Origin: Candidatus Sulfomarinibacteraceae bacterium
GTDB taxonomy: Bacteria > Acidobacteriota > Thermoanaerobaculia > Thermoanaerobaculales > Sulfomarinibacteraceae
DNA: 64,000 nt
NCBI GenBank assembly: GCA_963741385.1
Contig: CAVUHO010000003.1
Coordinates: 134,833-198,832, forward strand
Direction: 5' to 3'
The translations under genes and the position numbers were made by a program. The notes beneath the pieces are model-generated. The model saw only the letters and a list, made by a program, of their open reading frames with translations, was not told the DNA's origin and ran no database searches. Shown in pieces: positions 28,024-36,185 of this stretch (position 1 is its first letter; each line of letters begins with the position of its first letter).

Positions 28024-28135
28024 TGCCAGGAGAAACGTCGTCAACTTTCTTGATCGTTGAGAGGAACATTGTCGGGAGAGCTGCGCGAGTCTCGGGGTGG
28101 CGAAGCAAACAAAGTTAAGAAAGTTTCTCCTGGCA
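28024..28135 (+). mobile_element. 112-bp MITE-like element, copy A
   Basis: Perfect 13-bp terminal inverted repeats TGCCAGGAGAAAC...GTTTCTCCTGGCA. Near-identical copies lie at 30350..30461 (same orientation) and 39454..39565 (inverted). All are followed by CCGATA. Confidence 0.8.
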
Positions 28136-28339
28136 CCGATACTGCGCGGCGTCGTGGTCGGCCGCAAGAACCACTATGGCTCGAAGTCGAAACGAGGCAC
28201 CGAGGTCGTGGCGCTCTTCTACACCCTCTTCGAAACCGCGAAGCTGAGCCAGATCGACCCGCGTGCCTACGTCACCCTGGCGGCGCACCGCGCCATCGCC
28301 GAGCACGGCGCAATCACCCTGCCCTCAGACCTCTCCTGA
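28136..28339 (+). pseudogene. IS66-family transposase C-terminal remnant
   Basis: The translation LRGVVVGRKNHYGSKSKRGTEVVALFYTLFETAKLSQIDPRAYV matches the conserved C-terminal GRKN...AKL..(I/V)(D/N)P..YL block of IS66 transposases. The N-terminal 400 aa or more are absent, and the fragment abuts MITE copy A. Confidence 0.65.
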
Positions 28340-28610
28340 TCTGCCTCGACTCAGATTCCAAGCACTCCCATCTGCGCCTGGCAAGACGGGGTAGGGCGAG
28401 GGCGTACGTTTGAATGAGGCAACCGCTGTTACCCCAAATCGAAGAACGGCACGGATAAAATAGCCTCCCTCGAATAGTGTGTCATTTTGCAACATCATTT
28501 CACTAGATCGCTGCCTCTCTAGCCTTAATCAATAACTGTTCTCAAATCTGTCAAACCATTTGACGCTATAGAGTAGAATTGCCCAACAAATAATCTGTAG
28601 GAGTTGGCTT

Positions 28611-29228
28611 ATGAGGTTTTTCCTGTTGGCCATCATCGCGGCGATCACCTTGGTCGGCCCAAATCATATTGCAGTCGCACAAGACGCTGAAATGCCGGTT
28701 CCTGGACTGGTGGTAAAGGACGCTGACGGAAAGGTGATGGGGCAGGTGGACGGGTTCTTGCCAGGGACTTCGGGTACGCTCTATCCAGTCGTTGTTTTCA
28801 ATATTGAAGGGAGTCTCGCCTTCTTAGTCTATCGGCCCTATGGTCTGATCGACGGAGTAGCGCACGCAGCTGGAAACTTGGGCGGTCCCACCGTTTATTT
28901 TTCAGGCTCCGACTGCACAGGGAATTCATACGTCAATATTGTTCACCCGGATGGAGTCGAAGCACAGTCCGGATATGCCTATGGCGTAGGTGGGCCAGAT
29001 CCGACTTCAGGGGAATACAAACTGTACCGCTCCAACACGCTGGCAGCCGGCATGTCCTTCGTGACCTCGAAATGGGAAGGTGGTACCTGCAGGAACTATG
29101 GCCCAACAGACCCGGACGTACTTTCCGCAGAGGAAGTTGTTCCCAACCCCCTCGCCGGTTTCCACGGCCCGACAACCGCCAACCCCGAACGCGTGCTGAC
29201 CATTGAGGGTGGCACGAGGCTTCCGTAA
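28611..29228 (+). CDS. Secreted hypothetical protein (paralog pair, member 1)
   Basis: 205-aa ORF after GGAG with signal peptide MRFFLLAIIAAITLVGPNHIAVAQ. The C-terminal 33 aa (SAEEVVPNPLAGFHGPTTANPERVLTIEGGTRLP) are nearly identical to the next gene. Lower G+C than the flanks. Confidence 0.7.
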   Translation: MRFFLLAIIAAITLVGPNHIAVAQDAEMPVPGLVVKDADGKVMGQVDGFLPGTSGTLYPVVVFNIEGSLAFLVYRPYGLIDGVAHAAGNLGGPTVYFSGSDCTGNSYVNIVHPDGVEAQSGYAYGVGGPDPTSGEYKLYRSNTLAAGMSFVTSKWEGGTCRNYGPTDPDVLSAEEVVPNPLAGFHGPTTANPERVLTIEGGTRLP

Positions 29229-29243
29229 AGAAAGGAGAATGCT

Positions 29244-29828
29244 ATGAGGTCATTTCTTTTCACCTTGGCAGCCATCTCTTTCCTGTTAACCCCAAGCCAA
29301 AGCGCGGATGCCCAAAGCGCAGAAATGCCGTTGCCGATTGCTGTCGTGAAGGACGCGGACGGGAAGTTGATTGCTCAAATCGTCGATATTGGGCCTAATG
29401 AGGGATCCGATCCCAAAGTACTACTCAACATAGGTGGCACCCCTGTCCCTTTTAGAGTTTCACCTCTCAAGGGGGTGTTTGAATCTCAAAGATTTGCCTA
29501 TTTCCCCTTTGAAAATTGCAGTGGTAGCCCAGCCATAACCCCTCCCCTAGCCATTGGTTGGGACTCCTTTTCTCAAACGAGTTTTGCGGTGGTTGGTCCG
29601 GACCCTGACTCTGGGACGTACAAGGTCTATCGATCGACTTCGCCAACTCCCGTGGCGTTTTCCCCTCTTTCCTATTGGATTGACGGATCCTGCGATGGCA
29701 TAACTGGGCAGACTTTGCTGTCTCCTGCAGAGGAAGTTGTTCCCAACCCCCTCGCAGGCTTCCACGGTCCGACAACCGCCAACCCCGAACGTGTATGGAC
29801 GATCGAGGGCGGCACGAGGCTCCCATGA
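29244..29828 (+). CDS. Secreted hypothetical protein (paralog pair, member 2)
   Basis: 194-aa ORF after AGGAGAA with signal peptide MRSFLFTLAAISFLLTPSQSADAQ. The N-terminal motif AEMP.P..VVKDADGK and the C-terminal block are shared with 28611..29228. Confidence 0.7.
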   Translation: MRSFLFTLAAISFLLTPSQSADAQSAEMPLPIAVVKDADGKLIAQIVDIGPNEGSDPKVLLNIGGTPVPFRVSPLKGVFESQRFAYFPFENCSGSPAITPPLAIGWDSFSQTSFAVVGPDPDSGTYKVYRSTSPTPVAFSPLSYWIDGSCDGITGQTLLSPAEEVVPNPLAGFHGPTTANPERVWTIEGGTRLP

Positions 29829-30295
29829 TGGACGCCAAACACCCAACCCACATCATCTGGAAACTGATTCCCCTGGTCGGCTTCATCCTTATTGCCGGAG
29901 TCATCCCCGCCGAAAGTGAAACCTGCAACGTCCCCTCCTCCAGCTATCCCTCAATCCAATCCGCCGTCAACGTCATCAACTGCACCGAGATCGTACTGAC
30001 GTCCGGCAACTTCTTCGGTGATGTCACCATCGGTCGTACGCTGACGGTTCAAGGGGTATCCAGTGCCTCAACCACCGTGTTTGGGAAAGTGACGGTCTCG
30101 GGTTCAGATACCCAGGCCACGCTCAAGGGACTGAAGATCGCAGTCGGTCCTGAAGATCTTCCCCACAATGGATTGGTGGTTGTGGGTGATGCTGAGGTGA
30201 TTCCTGATGACCTTGTGATTGGATCGACTGATTTGATCTTCGAGGATGGTTTTGAGCGCGGGAATACGACGGCTTGGTCGAACACGGTGTCCTAA
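29825..30295 (+). CDS. Small secreted or membrane-anchored protein sharing N- and C-terminal modules with the giant surface protein
   Basis: ATGA overlap with the upstream stop. A hydrophobic N-terminus is followed by SYPSIQSAVNVINCTEIVLTSGNFFGDV (compare DYTTIQEAVNNASPGDEIVVDDGSYDESV in 3449..9166). The C-terminus is DLIFEDGFERGNTTAWSNTVS (compare DLIFSDGFESGGTTMWSLTTP). Confidence 0.65.
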   Translation: MMDAKHPTHIIWKLIPLVGFILIAGVIPAESETCNVPSSSYPSIQSAVNVINCTEIVLTSGNFFGDVTIGRTLTVQGVSSASTTVFGKVTVSGSDTQATLKGLKIAVGPEDLPHNGLVVVGDAEVIPDDLVIGSTDLIFEDGFERGNTTAWSNTVS

Positions 30296-30349
30296 GGTTT
30301 TGGATTGGAGAACGTGCCAATGAGGCATTCCCATAGTGGTGCCTAGTGG

Positions 30350-30461
30350 TGCCAGGAGAAACGTTGTTAACTTTCTTGATCGTTGAGAGGAACATTGTCG
30401 GGAAAGCTGCGCGAGTCTCGGGGTGGCGAAGCAAACAAAGTTAAAAAAGTTTCTCCTGGCA
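30350..30461 (+). mobile_element. 112-bp MITE-like element, copy B
   Basis: Same 13-bp TIRs and internal sequence as copy A, with a few substitutions. Same orientation. Confidence 0.8.
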
Positions 30462-30496
30462 CCGATATAGAGTACTACTAAGCCGCATCGGCATCA

Positions 30497-30555
30497 GTGC
30501 CAGGTACATAGTTACGGAGTTGTGAAATGTAACTGCGGAACTCCGTACCTGGCAC
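30497..30555. repeat. 59-bp REP-like imperfect palindrome R1
   Basis: GTGCCAGGTAC...GTACCTGGCAC ends. Aligns along its full length to the reverse complement of R2 (32597..32655). It lies 3 nt beyond the stop of the 30559..32454 gene. Confidence 0.75.
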
Positions 30556-30558
30556 CGA

Positions 30559-32454
30559 TTAGGGAGTCCCGCCGGTTGCGGCGACGCGACGGCCGACCCG
30601 GCGCGGCGCCGGGTTGAGCCCGAGTGCCCTCTTGATCCGGTTGCCGTCCGCCAACGAGATCCCCGCCGAAGGGATGACGATGGTCTGGTCGTCACCGCCC
30701 ATCGGCGGCAGGCCCTGCGGCTGGTTGTTGACAATGATCGCCGCCACGGCGCCCGCATCTTGTGCGTTCTTCACCTTTTCGACGAACAGGCACGTACCGC
30801 GGTCGATGACGGCGATCTTACCCGTGATCTCGCTGGCGTTGACCAGCGGTTCGCAACCCAGGATCGGCGCATTCGAGCCGTCGCGGACCACGGCCAGATC
30901 TCCGGAGACCCCCACAACGCTCACCGGCGGCCCGAACTGGGCCGTCTGTACCGCGTAACCCCCAGCCAGGCTCGGAGGTGAGTTGATGAGAAGCCGCGGG
31001 GCGTTGCCGAGAATCTGAGGCGCTGCATCGACAGAGGCCGGCCCATCCCAGACCAACCGCCCGGTGTTGACGGCGGAGGTCCGACGTTCGTCGTTGGTCA
31101 TGACGTTCCAGTGCAGACCGATCTCCGAGTCGAAGGTGTAGACGCTGTAGATGCCGGGTTGCCGCGGGAGGCCGGCAAAAAACGGCAGCGACCCGGTGCT
31201 GGGATCAACGAAGCTCTGAAACCCCAGCCCGTGCGCGATCTCGTGGAGGGCCACCATGGCGAAGGAGGCCTGGCCGCTCGGCGTGTTGCCGTCCAAACCA
31301 TAGTAGAAGCGGTAGGACGGCGCCAGGCAGCCCTCGTCAATTCGGCTGTTGAAGTTGGCCACAACGTCGCCGGTGTTCGAGGGCCGGTTATTTTCGGTCG
31401 TGCTGAGGTTTTCGCCCGCCAGGGCTTCGGCGAGAGCGCCGGAATACCAGGTTCCCTGGCGAGGGGCGTTCGCGAAATCGGAAAACAGGTAGCGCGTACC
31501 GGCCGCCGCCAGAACCGCCCCTTCATCGGGATCGCAGTCGAACTCGTCGAAGGCTGCGTCAATGTTGATCTCGATCTCGCTGCCGAGGAGAGTCCCCCAG
31601 ACGTCCGCAGCCCACTGCAAAGCGGCAAGCCGCTGTCCACCAACAGTGGTCCCTCCCGGGTTGGCGGGAGACTCGGGGACAACGGTGGCATCGTTGAAGC
31701 CTTCGCCACTGGAGTCTTGAACCCTGATGGTCACGGTAGAGGAGCCGGCGGGCCAGCCAATGTCCTGGAAAAGCGGGAGCGTGAGGTCGACCTCGCCGAA
31801 GCCGACGCCCGGCGACGCGGTCGGCTCCATCAGAAGGTCAGGGGTGGCCGAAAGGTCCCAGTGGGAAATCGAGGAGCCCAGCTCGAGCGGATCCGGGTTG
31901 TAGAGCAACGGCCGCCCCAGCGTGTCGGCGCCGGCCAGACGAGTCGGGTCGATGGCGAGGCTCGCGGAGACCTCGGCCGCCTTGAAGGACAGCTGCGACG
32001 GTGGCGCGACCGCCAACAGCCCGAGGGAGAGCGGGACATCGATTCCGGCCTTTGCCGAACCGAGGCCCATCAGCTTTTCCACCGCTTGCACATGGTCAAC
32101 ACACGACGTCGCGAACGAGCCGTCCGCTCGCACCTGGACCATGAAGACGTGCCGAAAGCGACCGTCGAGGTCAACCCCTCTCCCGCCGTTGTCGAGATCG
32201 AAGACCTGCAGGCCATCAGTTGAACGGCTGAGGGCGTTCATGATGGCGCCCGACAGCGGGCCAGATTCCTCGCGAGGTTCCGCTGGAACAACCTGATTGG
32301 GCCCGTCATCAGTCGCGGCTCTCACGACCGAAGGAGCGCCGTCGGGACCCGGCGATGCGGCCGCCACTCCCGCGAGCGGCACCACACAGATGGCGATGCA
32401 GCACAGTATGGTCACTCGGAAACGGAGATTGACTCCAGCGTGCACTCGTTTCAT
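30559..32454 (-). CDS. Secreted zinc metalloprotease-like protein with HExxHxxG motif and a C-terminal PA (protease-associated) domain
   Basis: 631-aa ORF with signal peptide ...CVVPLAGVAAASP. VALHEIAHGLGF motif. PA-domain pattern GKIAVIDRGTCLFVEKVKNAQDAGAVAAIIVNN. Confidence 0.75.
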   Translation of the reverse strand: MKRVHAGVNLRFRVTILCCIAICVVPLAGVAAASPGPDGAPSVVRAATDDGPNQVVPAEPREESGPLSGAIMNALSRSTDGLQVFDLDNGGRGVDLDGRFRHVFMVQVRADGSFATSCVDHVQAVEKLMGLGSAKAGIDVPLSLGLLAVAPPSQLSFKAAEVSASLAIDPTRLAGADTLGRPLLYNPDPLELGSSISHWDLSATPDLLMEPTASPGVGFGEVDLTLPLFQDIGWPAGSSTVTIRVQDSSGEGFNDATVVPESPANPGGTTVGGQRLAALQWAADVWGTLLGSEIEINIDAAFDEFDCDPDEGAVLAAAGTRYLFSDFANAPRQGTWYSGALAEALAGENLSTTENNRPSNTGDVVANFNSRIDEGCLAPSYRFYYGLDGNTPSGQASFAMVALHEIAHGLGFQSFVDPSTGSLPFFAGLPRQPGIYSVYTFDSEIGLHWNVMTNDERRTSAVNTGRLVWDGPASVDAAPQILGNAPRLLINSPPSLAGGYAVQTAQFGPPVSVVGVSGDLAVVRDGSNAPILGCEPLVNASEITGKIAVIDRGTCLFVEKVKNAQDAGAVAAIIVNNQPQGLPPMGGDDQTIVIPSAGISLADGNRIKRALGLNPAPRRVGRRVAATGGTP

Positions 32455-32596
32455 TTCAAACTCCTCGACGACCCCATGTCAGCATACTCAAACACGGCTC
32501 ACTCTGGGAACCACACGAACGGCATCTCGAATTTCATCCCCTCACAACGTTGTCACGCATTCGAAGCCCCGCAAGGGCGTCGAATGAATGCAATGG

Positions 32597-32655
32597 GTGC
32601 CAGGTCCGGAGTTACGCAGTTACAGATCACAACTCCGTAACTCCGTACCTGGCAC
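32597..32655. repeat. 59-bp REP-like imperfect palindrome R2 (inverted relative to R1)
   Basis: Its reverse complement aligns to R1 with a handful of substitutions. It lies 143 nt upstream of the start of the 30559..32454 gene and is followed by CGAT, like R1 and the MITEs. Confidence 0.75.
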
Positions 32656-32903
32656 CGATGTTCTGCCACCATGCTTTCGTGTGTGGCGACTTTGCCGGAA
32701 CTGGCGCCTTCGAGACCCCACGCGATTGCGTTGGCGAACCGGACGCGTTCGGTCAGCGAATCAAACACGGCGGGGGAAAGGAGCACGCAGGCCGCGCGGC
32801 CGGCACCGAAACCGATCCCACCCAAGCCAACCGCCGCGTGGCGATCCTCATCAAGGACAAGGCCAAGTGACCTCGACCCGGAGGGCCGGCTGGGCAACGC
32901 CTC

Positions 32904-35900
32904 TCAGCCCGGCGGTCTGCCCCGCCCCAGGCTGACGAAGAACCGTCCGCCGGTCATCGCGGGATCGTCCGGATAGCCGAGAGCCTCGAAGTCGAGGCGC
33001 CGCTCGACGCCGGGGTAGACCTTTCGGGCATGCTCGGGACGGTCCATCCCCTTGGCGGCACGGTGGCAGCGCACGCAGTTGGCGGCCTCGACGCTGTGGC
33101 AGTCGGTGCACCCCAGGGCCGTCACGGCAGGACCGACCCCGTGGTGAAGCCCTGTGTAAAGGGTTGTCTCCACCCACTCGAAGCGGCCCGAGTACTCGAG
33201 CCCCATGGCCTTCATGCCGTCTCTGATCGACCGCTCCCAGCTGAAGTCCGCCCAGTAGTCCGCCGACAGCTTCGGTATGGCGAGCACACGCGATTCGGCG
33301 TCGACCGGTTGGATTGCGGTATGGGCCTTGAACGGGAAGATGCGCGCCGCCGGGTTTCGCTTGTCCCCGGACGGTGGGTTGAGGAGAACGCCGCGCGAAG
33401 AGTTGACCTTCTCTCCGACCAGGGTCGCGCGGCGGCTGCCGTCGAACCACAGGTACACCGGCACCTGGTCCATGCCCCAGCGAAGGGTCCCGAAGCGGCG
33501 GTCGTAGGTCGGCATGCCGTAGCGGTCCAGCTCCTCCACCCTGTCCTCGCCCGCCACCGAGTAGTCCCGGTGCAGCAGGGTGGGTGTGGCGCGCGCGAAC
33601 GCGGGAATGTGGCAGGTCTCGCAGGCGATGCTGCGGACGTGGTCGTCCAGGTGCTGCCCCAGCATGCCGACGACACCGTGCGGCGTGGAACCGTGGCACT
33701 GCTCGCAGGACACTCGCCCCTCCATTGCCGGGGCGGTCATGGACATACCGGCGATGCGGTGGTGAGTCGTCGTGTGGCAGTCCTGGCAGCGCATGTTGCG
33801 CCTGCCCATATGCTGATCGAGGTCTGCGGACGGATCGGCAAGCTGCGGCTCGAGGTCCCCGTGCTTGGCGTTGGGCGCGCCGCCACTCTGGAAGTGGCAG
33901 GACCCGCAGGTCGCGCGTGACGGACGACCGACCTTGCGGGCGACCGCCACCAGGTCGACCTCCGGCAACGGCATGCCGGCCTGCAGAGGGTCCTTGCGGT
34001 AGGTGCCCGTGGTGTCGTGGCAGACCAGGCAGTCGATGTTGGATGGATCGGTGAAGTCGAAGCCCTCGTCGACCCAGCCGTAGCCGATGTGGCAGGTCGC
34101 ACAGGCCTGGGGGTTGGAGCCGATGGCGATGCAGTAGTTGTTGACCATGAGCTGCAGGCTGATGTCGGTGCGGTGCTGGTAGCCGACGAGGGTCGGCGAC
34201 TGGCCCTTCCAGTTCCAGTGCGCGGTCACCAAGAGGTCGTCGCCGACGCGGGAGTGGCACGCCAGGCAGGCACGGGTAGTCTCCTGCGGGGAGGGCCGCT
34301 CCGGCAGCTCGACGAGGAGGCTGTGGTCGGGCGTCCACGGATGGTGGCACGAGCTGCACTCGGTGGGCGCCGGGGCGGGCTGCATGCGGCGCTCATGGCA
34401 GCCGATGCACTGGCGGTGGTACGCGCCCTTGAGCCCGAGACGCGCAGGGGCGTCCTCCTCGTTGGGCATGCCGTGGCAACGAGCGCAGGACTGCGGCGGG
34501 TTGTCCGCCATGTCCTCGTGGCAGCCGGAACAGGCGCCGCCGATGGGCACGTCGATGGACTCGTGGAGCTCGACAATGTCCTCGCCGACCCGGTCGTCGT
34601 CGTCCCATGAGTAACGGTGGTGGCAGACGCCGCAGTCCCCCCCGTTCAGCTCGTCGTGAATGCGGTGGGAGAAGGCCACCGGCTCATAGTCGTCCGAGGC
34701 GGCGTTCAGCATCGGGTTGGAGAGGACGTAAACTCTCCTGTACCTATCGGGTCGCAGCGGGTACGCATCTCTCGTCGCCTCCACGTGGACGGGTTCGGCG
34801 GCCGTGACCCGCTGAACTTCGGCCACGGTCTCTCGGGAGGCCGCAATCGCAGATCGGTGCACCAGAGAGTACGTGAGGACGAAACCGAGAAGCACCGCGA
34901 CGGCCGAGGCCCGGATCACCCAGGTCCACCGCGACGGCACGGTGCGCGCTCGTTCCTCGCGAAGACTCGCAAGCTGCGCGCTGGTAGCCGGGACGTAGCC
35001 CGGGAGGATGGGGAAGAAGGTCACCAGCAGCCGGTAGCAGAACAGGATGCTGGAGACGATGGCGATGGTCATGGCGATCTCGCCGATGGACGGGAAGTAT
35101 GTCGTGGTGGAGTACGGAGGGTTGTAGCCCACGAGGAACACGTTGATCCGGTTGAGGATCACACCGAAGATGATGAGGGCGATCGCAAAGAACAGCCAGC
35201 CCATGGACCGCCGCACCGCCTTGTTGAGCAGGAGAAGGAAGGGGGCGACCACGCCGATCAGGATTTCGACGACCAGGGCAATCGTCGCACCCGGGTTGTC
35301 GAGGAAATCGATCTGGTTGTGGCGGACGACGAGGTCTCCGATCTTCACCACACCGTAGGCCGCCAGGAACCAGGGAATGATGCGCGCCAGAGGTGTCAGC
35401 AGCTCCATTTCCGCCTTGCGACCGAAGCTGATGTTGGCGTAAATGGACTCCAGAATGACCATCGGGAAACCGACCATGAGTGCCGACAGCAGGAAGAGCA
35501 GAGGCAGGATCGAGGTGTCCCACAGCGCGCTCATTTTGGTGGTGGAGATCAACATCAAGGTGCCGAGAGAGGACTGGTGCATGCAGGACAGCACCACGCC
35601 TGCTACGACGAAAATCGGCAGAACGATGTTCACCCACGAGTGCAGGGCGTCCACGGGCTTCTCGAGGCGGTGCAGAAACCGTGCTCCCGTGGAGTCCTCG
35701 GCAATCCGGTCCTTGAGCCCCTCCAGAATCGAGGGACTCATCTCGACGCTCAGAATCACCAGATAAAAGGTGACGCACATGGCCACCTCGAAAAGCACCG
35801 AGTTGCCCTGCCAGTTGAACAGAGGCCGCCACGAATTCCAATAGCGGCCGAGATCGAAGAGCAGAGCAATGGCAACCCACAGGTAGCCCAGGAATGCTGT

Positions 35901-36185
35901 CAGAAGCGCTGGGCGCAGCAGCGCCCGGTATTTCCTGCGGCCGAAGATCTCCACCAGGGCGGCGGTGAGGAACCCGCCGGCGGCGAGGGCGACGCCGCAG
36001 GCCACGTCGAAAGCGATCCAAATACCCCAGGGATTGTGATTGTCGAGATTGGTCACCGACCCCAACCCGAGGAACAGACGGGTGATGCCGAAGGAAAAGC
36101 CGATTCCCATGAGGATCAGCAGGGTGAGCGTGCCGAAGGTGAAAAACGGCTTGGTGACGCGATGGGGACGGTCGTTGGCACTCAT
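32904..36185 (-). CDS. NrfD/PsrC-like polytopic quinol-interacting membrane protein fused to a 14-haem c-type cytochrome domain
   Basis: 1093-aa ORF. The N-terminal 430 aa or so are NrfD-like TM helices (NPWGIWIAFDVACGVALAAGGF...). The C-terminal 620 aa or so contain 14 CxxCH motifs, counted in the translation. The last 8-9 haems resemble the octahaem tetrathionate-reductase-type family by recollection (IDCLVCHDTTGTYRK, CGSCHFQSGG). ATGA overlap with the upstream FeS gene. Confidence 0.8.
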   Translation of the reverse strand: MSANDRPHRVTKPFFTFGTLTLLILMGIGFSFGITRLFLGLGSVTNLDNHNPWGIWIAFDVACGVALAAGGFLTAALVEIFGRRKYRALLRPALLTAFLGYLWVAIALLFDLGRYWNSWRPLFNWQGNSVLFEVAMCVTFYLVILSVEMSPSILEGLKDRIAEDSTGARFLHRLEKPVDALHSWVNIVLPIFVVAGVVLSCMHQSSLGTLMLISTTKMSALWDTSILPLLFLLSALMVGFPMVILESIYANISFGRKAEMELLTPLARIIPWFLAAYGVVKIGDLVVRHNQIDFLDNPGATIALVVEILIGVVAPFLLLLNKAVRRSMGWLFFAIALIIFGVILNRINVFLVGYNPPYSTTTYFPSIGEIAMTIAIVSSILFCYRLLVTFFPILPGYVPATSAQLASLREERARTVPSRWTWVIRASAVAVLLGFVLTYSLVHRSAIAASRETVAEVQRVTAAEPVHVEATRDAYPLRPDRYRRVYVLSNPMLNAASDDYEPVAFSHRIHDELNGGDCGVCHHRYSWDDDDRVGEDIVELHESIDVPIGGACSGCHEDMADNPPQSCARCHGMPNEEDAPARLGLKGAYHRQCIGCHERRMQPAPAPTECSSCHHPWTPDHSLLVELPERPSPQETTRACLACHSRVGDDLLVTAHWNWKGQSPTLVGYQHRTDISLQLMVNNYCIAIGSNPQACATCHIGYGWVDEGFDFTDPSNIDCLVCHDTTGTYRKDPLQAGMPLPEVDLVAVARKVGRPSRATCGSCHFQSGGAPNAKHGDLEPQLADPSADLDQHMGRRNMRCQDCHTTTHHRIAGMSMTAPAMEGRVSCEQCHGSTPHGVVGMLGQHLDDHVRSIACETCHIPAFARATPTLLHRDYSVAGEDRVEELDRYGMPTYDRRFGTLRWGMDQVPVYLWFDGSRRATLVGEKVNSSRGVLLNPPSGDKRNPAARIFPFKAHTAIQPVDAESRVLAIPKLSADYWADFSWERSIRDGMKAMGLEYSGRFEWVETTLYTGLHHGVGPAVTALGCTDCHSVEAANCVRCHRAAKGMDRPEHARKVYPGVERRLDFEALGYPDDPAMTGGRFFVSLGRGRPPG

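Noticed and set aside
28097-28339. 80-aa ORF as an intact small gene
   Set aside because: It is a chimera. The first 13 codons or so come from the MITE right end, and the rest is the C-terminal block of an IS66 transposase. It was called as a transposase remnant.
28129-30560. TGGCAC motifs in the MITE and REP termini as sigma-54 promoters
   Set aside because: CCTGGCACCGAT lacks a TTGC element at the required N5 spacing (CGATA-CTGCG, CGATA-TAGAG, CGATT-AGGGA). The motif is explained by the inverted-repeat termini.
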